Shown here: positions 38,061 to 45,956 of the stretch, piece by piece
How positions within the stretch are numbered: the first letter of the stretch is position 1
Layout of the letters: every line of letters starts with the position of its first letter
NCBI GenBank assembly: GCA_963714085.1
Contig: OY970229.1
Location: 877,348-941,347 of the forward strand
Direction: 5' to 3'
DNA length: 64,000 bases
DNA from: an uncultured Candidatus Micrarchaeota archaeon
GTDB lineage: Archaea; Micrarchaeota; Micrarchaeia; Anstonellales; Bilamarchaeaceae
Program-made: the position numbers and the translations under genes
Notes under the pieces: model-generated
What the model was told of the DNA's origin: nothing
Seen by the model: the letters and a program-made list of their open reading frames with translations, nothing else
Database searches by the model: none

Positions 38061-39578
38061 TCAGATTGCCGCCGTAATCTCCTTCCCGAGCCCCTCGAAC
38101 TGCCTCAGCCAGGCGCGCCTGTTCTCCCGCAACTCCGCGGTCATCCGCTTGTACTCCTTTTCGCCGTAGTAAACCGAAGGATCGAACACGCCCAGGTCCA
38201 CGTCTTCTGCCCTGATCGCGACCTCGTACCCCCAGTCCGGGTCTTTCTTCCAGACCAAGGTGCCCCGTGCCGCGTCCGCGAGCAGCCGCGCGGAATCGTA
38301 GACAGTTATCTTCTTCCCGTGTATGCTCCCGCTCGCGCCGAAGTATCCGGTGTCCAGCAGGTAGCATTCGATGTGAGGGTTCTGCCTCAGTATCTCGAGG
38401 AACCTGTTGCCCTCCTCGTCCTGCGGCCCGATGATGAACGGGTTCGTGCCGACGACGTTGAGCGGCTTCCCGGCCTGGGTCGGGTCTCCTGCGGAGGACT
38501 CCACGGACTCGCCGAGCATGAAGAACGCCGCGGCCTGCTCCTGCGTCAGCCTCGCGATCGGAGGCACGATCGTCTTCTTCCTCGTGATGAAGACCATCAT
38601 GTCCACGCGCTTGAGGTCTATGGAATCGTCTGTGAAGTCCAGCTCCTTTCTTATCACGACCCCCCTCCCGTTGGACGTGATGCTGGAATCGAAGAAGTCC
38701 ACCTTGCCCGTATCATCCACCTTCACGTTCTCCAGTATGGCATTGGACGAGATCGCGCCCTTGTATAGAAGAGGCTGGGAGTCCGGCTCCAGCCCGTCGG
38801 TCTTTATGTAAAAGTTGTCCTCGGTCCCTATGGCCGAGCTGTCCTTGTTCAGCATCACCACGTCGTCCTGCCTTATGATCACACCCTCGCCTTCGGAGGC
38901 GTCCAGCCAGTGGTGGTGGCAGGTGAGCGTGGTCTTGCCGGTGGCGCTCAGCCCGAAGAGTAGCATCCCTTTCTCCACGATGCTGCCGTCCTTGCGCCTG
39001 GCCCGGAGCAGCTTGGAGCCGGCGTGCAGGCCGAGTCCGCCCCTCTTCGTCTTGTGGTGGTACATCATCATGCGCAGGCCGGCCTTCTTTATCTCGCCGC
39101 AGTAATCGGAGCCGAGTATGAAGGTCGTGAACGAGACCGGGTCCACGAGTACCTTCCGCTCCGGCCATTCCGGGACGTCCACGATTACGAAATCGGGCTT
39201 CCTGTCCTTGGTTTCCGGCATGAAGAGCATCTGCCCCCACATGTACGCCAATCGCGCGTATCTCTCTGTCACGTACAATCGTATGAGCGTCCTGTAGCCC
39301 TTGTGCATGCACATCACGCGGTCCACCGCGATGAGCTTCCTGCCTTTGAGATAAGCGGAGACCTTGGCCAGTGCTTCACTCTGTTGCGCATTCGCTTCAA
39401 AGACTATCTCTGTGAATTTCGCGCTCCTGGAGCGCACTGCGCTTATGTAGCTCGCGCTCCCGTACTCGGTCGTGCGCTCGTCCGGCTTCGCTAATTTCCG
39501 GAGCTCGTCAGGGCTCGCGTCCCAGAGCGCGTCCTTCTTTGCGATCGAGCCGACCGCCTCCAGGAAGGGATTCGCCAT
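38061..39578 (-). CDS. pckA: Phosphoenolpyruvate carboxykinase (ATP)
   Basis: YCGEIKK, LHAG, GLSATGKTT, QDD, YIKT, FFMLG and NPF motifs. Confidence 0.92.
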   Translation of the reverse strand: MANPFLEAVGSIAKKDALWDASPDELRKLAKPDERTTEYGSASYISAVRSRSAKFTEIVFEANAQQSEALAKVSAYLKGRKLIAVDRVMCMHKGYRTLIRLYVTERYARLAYMWGQMLFMPETKDRKPDFVIVDVPEWPERKVLVDPVSFTTFILGSDYCGEIKKAGLRMMMYHHKTKRGGLGLHAGSKLLRARRKDGSIVEKGMLLFGLSATGKTTLTCHHHWLDASEGEGVIIRQDDVVMLNKDSSAIGTEDNFYIKTDGLEPDSQPLLYKGAISSNAILENVKVDDTGKVDFFDSSITSNGRGVVIRKELDFTDDSIDLKRVDMMVFITRKKTIVPPIARLTQEQAAAFFMLGESVESSAGDPTQAGKPLNVVGTNPFIIGPQDEEGNRFLEILRQNPHIECYLLDTGYFGASGSIHGKKITVYDSARLLADAARGTLVWKKDPDWGYEVAIRAEDVDLGVFDPSVYYGEKEYKRMTAELRENRRAWLRQFEGLGKEITAAI

Positions 39579-39631
39579 GATCCGTTGATTCCAAGTTAAT
39601 GTTTTAATTATGCGACGCCCAGAATCATCAT

Positions 39632-40264
39632 ATGGAAAAGGAACTGCTCGGATCCGTGGAAGCGCTCAAACGCGGGAGAACAGGCTCGCTAGTGCGAAGG
39701 CGCATGAAGGAATTCAGGCAGGCCGGGAAGGGATCAGGGAGCCGCCTGTTCAGCGAGCTCTGCTTCTGCATACTCACGGCCAACTACACTGCCGAGGGCG
39801 GCATAAGGATACAGAAGGACATGGGCAACGATTTCTGCACCCTGGATGAAAAGGAACTCGCGAAAAGGCTCAAATCCCTGGGCCACCGCTTCCCGAACAC
39901 CAGGGCGAGGTACATCTCCGAGGCCAGGAGGCACAGGGTGGACGTGGAGAGCATGTGGAGCACCTGCTCGAGCAGCGAACTCCGCGAGTGGCTGGTCCGG
40001 AACGTCAAGGGATTGGGGTACAAGGAGGCGAGCCATTTCCTGCGGAACACAGGAGCCACGGACCTGGCGATAATCGATTTCCACATAATAGACGTGCTCG
40101 CGCGCAACGGGCTAATCAAGAAGCCGAAGTCCAAATCCCTCTCAAGGAAGAGGTACCTGGAGATCGAGAAGGTCCTCGCCCGTCTCGCGGCTAAAGCCAA
40201 CGTCAGCCTCGCGGAGCTGGACCTCCACCTCTGGTACCTCGAGACCGGGAAGATACTGAAATAA
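39632..40264 (+). CDS. ogg: 8-oxoguanine DNA glycosylase/AP lyase (archaeal Ogg type)
   Basis: ELCFCILTAN, GHRFPNTRA, HhH VKGLGYKEASHFLRN, AIIDFH and LDLHLWY motifs. Confidence 0.93.
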   Translation: MEKELLGSVEALKRGRTGSLVRRRMKEFRQAGKGSGSRLFSELCFCILTANYTAEGGIRIQKDMGNDFCTLDEKELAKRLKSLGHRFPNTRARYISEARRHRVDVESMWSTCSSSELREWLVRNVKGLGYKEASHFLRNTGATDLAIIDFHIIDVLARNGLIKKPKSKSLSRKRYLEIEKVLARLAAKANVSLAELDLHLWYLETGKILK

Positions 40265-40266
40265 CA

Positions 40267-40300
40267 TATAAGCTTATAAATATATAAGTGCATACTTATA
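40267..40300. promoter_or_regulatory. Two adjacent palindromes, candidate ArsR operator
   Basis: TATAAGCTTATA (40267-40278) and TATAAGT-GCAT-ACTTATA (40283-40300), immediately before the ArsR ATG. Confidence 0.6.
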
Positions 40301-40302
40301 AT

Positions 40303-40551
40303 ATGAATAACGAAGTTTTGCGGGCCGTGGCGGACGTCACCCGCCTGAAGCTCCTGGAAAAGATATCCGGGGGCGAGGTATGCGCATGCGAGCTCCCCAG
40401 CACGGTCAAAACGAGCCAGCCCGCCGTATCACAGCACCTCAAGGTCCTTTTGGGCGCAGGGCTCGTGTCGGTGAGGAAAGAAGGGGCCAAGCGCCTATAT
40501 TCCGTTTCGGATACTGGCAGGCGCGTCCTGCGCGACATCCACGGGTGGTAA
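40303..40551 (+). CDS. arsR: ArsR/SmtB family transcriptional repressor
   Basis: TRLKLL, EVCACEL, SQPAVSQHLKVL and GAKRLYS motifs. Confidence 0.92.
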   Translation: MNNEVLRAVADVTRLKLLEKISGGEVCACELPSTVKTSQPAVSQHLKVLLGAGLVSVRKEGAKRLYSVSDTGRRVLRDIHGW

Positions 40552-40552
40552 T

Positions 40553-40780
40553 ATGAAAATCGAGATTCTCGGCGGCGGCTGCGCGAACTGCGCGAAGCTC
40601 TACGAAAACGCGAGGAAGGCGGTTTCGGAATCCGGCAGGAAAGCAACAATCGTAAAAATCACTGATTACGCAAAAATCGCTTCACACGGAGTCATGCGCA
40701 CTCCGGCGCTCGTGATTGACGGCGAGATAAAATCCGAAGGAAGGGTCCCGAGTGCCGACGAGATACGGAAACTGCTGTGA
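40553..40780 (+). CDS. Small thioredoxin-family redox protein (MTH895/ArsE-like)
   Basis: MKIEILGGGCANC and GVMRTPALVIDG motifs. Confidence 0.9.
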   Translation: MKIEILGGGCANCAKLYENARKAVSESGRKATIVKITDYAKIASHGVMRTPALVIDGEIKSEGRVPSADEIRKLL

Positions 40781-40786
40781 TGGGCC

Positions 40787-41743
40787 ATGGACATCTTCGA
40801 ACAATTCGCGTCCTGGCTGATAAACGGCGCCATGGGAATCGCCGCGGGCAGCCGGCTCAGCGACGTGGCAGTCTATTTCGTTGCGGACATAACCAAGATA
40901 TTCATACTCCTGGGAGTCATGATTTTCCTTGTTTCCGTCCTCCGCACCTTCATCACGCCGCAAAAGGTCAAGAAATGGCTCGGCGGAAGAAAGGAAGGGA
41001 TCGGCAACGTGCTTGCGGCCCTGCTCGGGGTCCCGACGCCATTCTGCTCGTGCTCGGCAGTGCCGCTGTTCATCGGCTTCGTGGAAGCTGGTGTCCCACT
41101 TGGCGTGACATTCTCGTTCCTGGTATCCGCTCCGCTGGTGAACGAAGTGGCGGCCGCGCTCCTGCTCGGCCTTTTCGGCTGGAAGATCGCGGCGCTGTAC
41201 ATTGGCACAGGGCTTTTCATAGCGATTTTCGCAGGCATAGCGATTGGAAGGATGAACATGGAAGGCGAAGTGGAGGATTTCGTTTACGAAATCCGCTCGA
41301 AGCAGCTGAAAGAGAATAAGATGACCTGGAACGGGCGCATCGATTTCGCGAAAAGCGAGACCGTGGACATAACCAAGCGCGTGGCGCCTTACCTCGTATT
41401 GGGGGTCGTGCTGGGGGCATTCATCCATGGATTCGTGCCGGTCGGATTCCTGGTCGGTATCGCGGGCCCTGGCAACCCTCTGGCAGTGCCCGTCGCAGTG
41501 CTCATCGGAGTCCCGCTCTATTCCAATGCCGCCGGAACAATCCCCATAGTGCAGGCGCTCATGGCCAAGGGCATGGCGCTCGGCACCGCGCTGGCATTCA
41601 TGATGAGCGTCACGGGGCTATCGCTGCCTGAGATGATAATCCTGAGGAAAGTCCTCAAGCCGAAACTGCTCGCGCTTTTCGCGCTCATCCTGGCGGTCTC
41701 GTTCGTGGTCGTGGGGCTGCTCTTCAACGCAATCATGGCTTAG
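40787..41743 (+). CDS. DUF318/ArsP-family permease
   Basis: TPFCSCSAVP, FLVSAPLVNE, GVPLYSN and LSLPE motifs. Confidence 0.92.
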   Translation: MDIFEQFASWLINGAMGIAAGSRLSDVAVYFVADITKIFILLGVMIFLVSVLRTFITPQKVKKWLGGRKEGIGNVLAALLGVPTPFCSCSAVPLFIGFVEAGVPLGVTFSFLVSAPLVNEVAAALLLGLFGWKIAALYIGTGLFIAIFAGIAIGRMNMEGEVEDFVYEIRSKQLKENKMTWNGRIDFAKSETVDITKRVAPYLVLGVVLGAFIHGFVPVGFLVGIAGPGNPLAVPVAVLIGVPLYSNAAGTIPIVQALMAKGMALGTALAFMMSVTGLSLPEMIILRKVLKPKLLALFALILAVSFVVVGLLFNAIMA

Positions 41744-41745
41744 GT

Positions 41746-42102
41746 CTATTGCACGATTACGGTCCCGGTCATGCTCGTATGTATCGCGCAGTGGTACTGG
41801 TAAGTCCCAGCCTTGTCGAACACGTGGCTGTAGCTCTGCCCGGGTTCGATCGCTCCGGAGTCGAAATCCGTACCGGTCACCGTATGCGCGACCGGATCCT
41901 GGTTCGTCCACGTCACCGTCGCGCCTTTTGCGACCGTGATGGTGGCGGGCTGGAACGCGAAGCTGGTTATCATGACGGACGCCGGCGTTGCGCCGGTTGC
42001 GTTCGTCATTCCCGTATGGTTCTGCTGCGGCGCAACAGTCTGCGTGCAGCCCGCGGCCATGAATATCAACGCGAGCAATGCGGCGAAAATCATTTTTTTC
42101 AT
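41746..42102 (-). CDS. Cupredoxin (plastocyanin/halocyanin-like) lipoprotein
   Basis: Lipobox MAAGC, WTNQDPVAHTV and YHCAIHTSMTG copper ligands. Confidence 0.9.
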   Translation of the reverse strand: MKKMIFAALLALIFMAAGCTQTVAPQQNHTGMTNATGATPASVMITSFAFQPATITVAKGATVTWTNQDPVAHTVTGTDFDSGAIEPGQSYSHVFDKAGTYQYHCAIHTSMTGTVIVQ

Positions 42103-42119
42103 ATTCTCAATCCCTCTGT

Positions 42120-42368
42120 TCAGAACGGTATCCCGAAAGTCATAATCGCGACCGCGGCATGTATGATGACCGAGAGGAAGAAAAGCCTCCAGTACCAGCA
42201 GTGGTGGTCGAACACCCACCTGTACCATGGCTTTTTCAGCATCTCGTTCACGAACTTCAGGCCCACCAGGCACCTGCAGGTGAAGAACACCGCGAGCATG
42301 CAGATCACATTCGTGATGCCGAGCAGCACCACCAGCTTTATCCCCAGGACCGGATCTATGAGCGGCAT
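42120..42368 (-). CDS. Small two-TM membrane protein with CRC and His motifs
   Basis: FFTCRC, DHHCWYW and IIHA within an 82-aa hydrophobic ORF. Confidence 0.65.
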   Translation of the reverse strand: MPLIDPVLGIKLVVLLGITNVICMLAVFFTCRCLVGLKFVNEMLKKPWYRWVFDHHCWYWRLFFLSVIIHAAVAIMTFGIPF

Positions 42369-42372
42369 CCCA

Positions 42373-42666
42373 TCACTCCTTCGCCCGCACGAAAAGCGAG
42401 CACCAGCATTCCCCCTTCTCCCGCCAGGTCTTCTGGACCTTGAAGTTGCACGGGCAGACGAGCTTCAAATCCTCTTCCCTGTTCTTGGTGGTCATCCTGC
42501 ACGGGCAGTACTTGAGGCCGTGGTTCTTTTCGTTGTTCAGGACTCCCCTCGCGAGCATCTCGACCCGTCCCCTGTCCGGGTTTAGCATGAACCTGTCGTC
42601 CTGGGACTGGCGCGCCACGAAATCCTCCCAGATGGCGATGAGCCCCTTCACTTCCCGGTCGCCCAT
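42373..42666 (-). CDS. Ferredoxin:thioredoxin reductase catalytic-subunit-like protein
   Basis: YCPCR...VCPC...ECWCSLF six-Cys pattern. Confidence 0.9.
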   Translation of the reverse strand: MGDREVKGLIAIWEDFVARQSQDDRFMLNPDRGRVEMLARGVLNNEKNHGLKYCPCRMTTKNREEDLKLVCPCNFKVQKTWREKGECWCSLFVRAKE

Positions 42667-42926
42667 GCCTTCAGCTCCTCGTATGGCACTTCCCCGCAAA
42701 GCGCCTTCTTGCCCTTCTCGTCTATGAAAGCCGGAGTTCCTAGAATACCGCCGCTAGCCTCCATTATGATCTTCCCGTATTTGCGCATCCTGTCAGCGTT
42801 CCTCTCGTTGTGCCATACCTCCAGCTTCTCGATCTTGACCCCCTCCTCCTTCTCAAGGCGCTCGACAAGCGGCATCATGGCGTTGCAGTGCGGGCATTCC
42901 GCCCCGTAGAACATGGTTATCTTCAT
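42648..42926 (-). CDS. Thioredoxin/glutaredoxin-like protein
   Basis: MFYGAECPHC and GTPAFI motifs. Confidence 0.88.
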   Translation of the reverse strand: MKITMFYGAECPHCNAMMPLVERLEKEEGVKIEKLEVWHNERNADRMRKYGKIIMEASGGILGTPAFIDEKGKKALCGEVPYEELKAWATGK

Positions 42927-43180
42927 AGTCCGATCACTGTCTTGAACTCCTGCAGGCTTATCTCGACATAGGAGTCCGGTGTCATGCAGGTCGGGCACGT
43001 CTCCGGCGGCTCTGAATTGAGGTGCAGATCGTTGCACACGTTGCAGCGCCAGAGCTTTCTCTCCCCCATCTTGGCGAGCGCCTTCTCCACGTCCGCCTTT
43101 CCGCACGGCGCGAAGCCGTCCGGCGCGTTGATGCCGAAGTGGATATTACCTGCCTTGTCCTTGAAGAGTTTCTTGTCCAT
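42923..43180 (-). CDS. Rubredoxin-like metal-binding protein
   Basis: WRCNVCNDLH...PPETCPTC. Confidence 0.8.
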   Translation of the reverse strand: MDKKLFKDKAGNIHFGINAPDGFAPCGKADVEKALAKMGERKLWRCNVCNDLHLNSEPPETCPTCMTPDSYVEISLQEFKTVIGL

Positions 43181-43183
43181 GGG

Positions 43184-43705
43184 TCACGCCTTCTTCATGT
43201 GCTTGGCGAGGTCGTCCAGGAACACCTTCGCCCTATCCCGCCATGCCGGATCGACCGGTTCTCCCTTCTGGTCGAAGATGCCGCTCACTCCGCTGAAATA
43301 GAGCGCCTCCCTTATATTGGCCATACGCAGCTCCACGGATACGAGCCGCAGCTGCTCCACTACCCTGGCGCCTCCCAGCGGACCGCCGGAGACTCCGCAT
43401 ATGCCAAGCGGCTTGCCCCAGTACTGCTGGTACAGGAGGTCGAGCATCATCTTCAGCTCGCCGGGATAGCCGTGGTTGTACTCCGGTGACACGATTATGA
43501 TGCCATCAGCCTTCGTTATCTTGGGCGCGAGTTTTTTCGCCATCAATCCGGCCTGGGTGTTGTCAGTCGCCGGAACCCGATAATCCCGCACGTCTAAAAT
43601 CTCGCTCTCTAATCCGTAACTCCTCGCTTCCCCAAGCATGAACCTGGCGACTTTCTCGGATTCCCTGCCTTCCCGGGCGGTGCCTAGCATTATTGGTACG
43701 TACAT
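43184..43705 (-). CDS. NAD(P)H-dependent FMN reductase
   Basis: GTAREGRES, SPEYNHGYPGELK and GPLGGAR motifs. Confidence 0.93.
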   Translation of the reverse strand: MYVPIMLGTAREGRESEKVARFMLGEARSYGLESEILDVRDYRVPATDNTQAGLMAKKLAPKITKADGIIIVSPEYNHGYPGELKMMLDLLYQQYWGKPLGICGVSGGPLGGARVVEQLRLVSVELRMANIREALYFSGVSGIFDQKGEPVDPAWRDRAKVFLDDLAKHMKKA

Positions 43706-43715
43706 CGCAGCGCAC

Positions 43716-44315
43716 CTACTTGCATTCCTCGCACTCGCAGCCGGCGCACATCGCGTATCTCTGCCCGATGCTGTCCCAGTCGATGGCCTTGAAGAACGCG
43801 TCTATGTAATCCGCCTTCTTCAGGCCGTAGTCTACCATATACGCGTGCTCGAACACATCCATGACCAGCAGCGGCTCGGCGCCGGCAAGGTGGCCCACAT
43901 CGTGCTCGTTCACCCATATGTTGAACGTCTTTTTCGCATGCAGGTCGTAGACGAGCAGCACCCATCCTATGCCGCGCATCGCGCCTGTCGCCCTGAAGTC
44001 CTTCTCCCAATTCTCCAGCGAGCCGAAATCCTCAGCGATCTTCTTGGCGAGTTTGGAGTTCTTGTCTAGCGCCTTCCCCCCTTTCACCATGCTCCAGAAA
44101 TAGAGCTCGTGCAGCCTCATGCCGTTGAACTCCCACCCGAAGCGCCGCTTAAGCTCGGAATATTCCGGAGTCCCAGGCGGCGTTTTCTCCAGGTCGATGA
44201 GCTTGTTCACGTTGGCCACGTACCCCTGGTATAGCGTGAAATGGTTCTTCAGCAGCGTGTCGCTGAATCCGGCTGTTCCGAGCAACCCCTCGAAATTCTT
44301 CGCTTCATAAGCCAT
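43716..44315 (-). CDS. sod: Fe/Mn superoxide dismutase
   Basis: NHFTLYQGYV, NGMRLHELYF, GIGW and DVFEHAY motifs. Confidence 0.93.
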   Translation of the reverse strand: MAYEAKNFEGLLGTAGFSDTLLKNHFTLYQGYVANVNKLIDLEKTPPGTPEYSELKRRFGWEFNGMRLHELYFWSMVKGGKALDKNSKLAKKIAEDFGSLENWEKDFRATGAMRGIGWVLLVYDLHAKKTFNIWVNEHDVGHLAGAEPLLVMDVFEHAYMVDYGLKKADYIDAFFKAIDWDSIGQRYAMCAGCECEECK

Positions 44316-44375
44316 GATACCACCTAGGCAATCATGACTTGCAATCATTAAAAATGCGCTGCCCCAGTGGAAAAA

Positions 44376-45374
44376 TCAGGCATGGTCCTGGAACTGCTGT
44401 GTGAACTTTCGCAGTGCCTCCAGCTTGGCCATCGCAGCACCGGAATCGATGGATTTGCATGCAAGCCTAAGTCCCTTGCCGACGCTCTCCACCATACCGG
44501 CCACATAGATGGCGGCAGCGGCATTGAGCACGGATATATCCCTGGCGGCGCCCTTCTCTCCATTGAGCACGCCCATGGTTATGCGGGAGCTCTCCTGCTT
44601 CGAGCCCGCCTTCGGGATTTCCCTCCGGGAGATGCCGAAATCCGAGGCACGCATGTCCCGCGTCCACATCTTACCGTCCCGGACCTCGCTGATCCTCGTG
44701 CGTCCCAGCCCAATCTCATCCATGCCATCGGAATGCACGACCAATGCCCTTTTCGTACCAAGGTCCAGCAGTACCCGGGCAATAATTTCGGTCAGCTCGG
44801 AGTCGAAAACGCCGAGTACCTGGGCGCTCGCTCCGGCTGGGTTGGCGAGCGGGCCGAGGATGTTGAAGACCGTGCGGGCGTTAAGCTCCTTCCTGACACC
44901 AGCCACGTTCTTCATGGCGGGATGGAAATAAGGTGCGAACATGAATCCTATGCCAATATCATTGATGCATCCGGCCACTTCTTCAGGCTGCAGCATCTTG
45001 ACGCCCAGCTCCTCGAGCACGTCGGCCGAACCGCAGCTGCTGGACACCGCCCTGTTGCCGTGCTTGGCGATCGCCACGCCGGCCCCTGCCGCTATCAGCG
45101 CCGCGGTGGTGGAGATGTTGAACGTGCCGGACGAATCTCCTCCGGTTCCGCATGTGTCAACGAGCGGCTCTCTCAAGGGTCGGATGGTCCTGGCATGGCT
45201 TCTCATTGCTTCGGCCAAGGCAGTGATCTCATCTTTGGTCGGTCCTTTCGTCTGCAGCGCGACAAGGAAGATTGCTTTCTTCAGGGGCTCTGAATCCGGG
45301 CTCATGAGCATGTCCATGGCGGCCCTGGCCTCATCCCGAGTGAGGTTCTTCCTCTGCATGAGTTTGCGATGCAT
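44376..45374 (-). CDS. trpD: Anthranilate phosphoribosyltransferase
   Basis: DTCGTGGD, NIST, KHGNRAVSSSCGSAD, RTVFNILGPL and DEI motifs. Confidence 0.96.
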   Translation of the reverse strand: MHRKLMQRKNLTRDEARAAMDMLMSPDSEPLKKAIFLVALQTKGPTKDEITALAEAMRSHARTIRPLREPLVDTCGTGGDSSGTFNISTTAALIAAGAGVAIAKHGNRAVSSSCGSADVLEELGVKMLQPEEVAGCINDIGIGFMFAPYFHPAMKNVAGVRKELNARTVFNILGPLANPAGASAQVLGVFDSELTEIIARVLLDLGTKRALVVHSDGMDEIGLGRTRISEVRDGKMWTRDMRASDFGISRREIPKAGSKQESSRITMGVLNGEKGAARDISVLNAAAAIYVAGMVESVGKGLRLACKSIDSGAAMAKLEALRKFTQQFQDHA

Positions 45375-45436
45375 ATTTCATCCCTGCCATACACATACAT
45401 TGAAGTCCTTATAAATCCACGGTGCGTTCCTATCCC

Positions 45437-45916
45437 ATGGCAAAACCAGGCATTTGGGTGCTTATCGGTTTCATCGTGCTTTCTCTTCTCGCTGGCGCCA
45501 TCGGCTCGCTCTTCACGTTCCAATCCATACCTGGCTGGTACGCCTCGCTCCAGAAGCCCTGGTTCAATCCGCCAAATTGGGTGTTCGGTCCGGTGTGGAC
45601 ACTTCTTTATATCCTCATGGGCTCGGCCGCATACCTGGTCTATGAAAAAGGGCTGAAAAACAAGGAAGTTCGCTCCGCGCTCGAGGTCTTCGGTATACAG
45701 CTCGCGTTCAATGCTGCATGGTCCATAGCGTTCTTCGGGCTGCGCTCTATCTCAGGCGGCCTGGTCATCATAGCCCTGCTCTGGCTCTCCATAGTTTGGA
45801 CGATGATTCTTTTCTGGAAACTCTCCCGCAACGCTGCCTGGTTGTTATCGCCCTACATCCTTTGGACTAGCTTCGCAGCTCTGCTCAACCTCTCGCTCCT
45901 TTTCCTGAACCGCTGA
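45437..45916 (+). CDS. tspO: TspO/MBR family membrane protein
   Basis: WYASLQKPWFNPPNWVFGPVWTLLY and PYILWTSFA motifs. Confidence 0.95.
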   Translation: MAKPGIWVLIGFIVLSLLAGAIGSLFTFQSIPGWYASLQKPWFNPPNWVFGPVWTLLYILMGSAAYLVYEKGLKNKEVRSALEVFGIQLAFNAAWSIAFFGLRSISGGLVIIALLWLSIVWTMILFWKLSRNAAWLLSPYILWTSFAALLNLSLLFLNR

Positions 45917-45918
45917 AT

Positions 45919-45950
45919 AAAAAAAAAGCCGGCCCCTTTCAGGGCCGGCT
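45919..45950 (-). terminator. Hairpin + U-tract intrinsic terminator downstream of leuA
   Basis: AGCCGGCCC-6nt-GGGCCGGCT 9-bp stem (45927-45950) followed by T9 on the minus strand, between convergent tspO and leuA. Confidence 0.75.
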
Positions 45951-45956
45951 TGGCAT

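Noticed and set aside
9378-40300. Shared ACTTATA/TATAAGT half-sites at the radA and arsR palindromes implying one regulon
   Set aside because: The half-sites have opposite orientation and different spacing, and TATA-rich promoter sequence gives such matches by chance.
45375-45436. Trp leader before trpD
   Set aside because: No Trp-containing uORF in the short divergent intergenic region.
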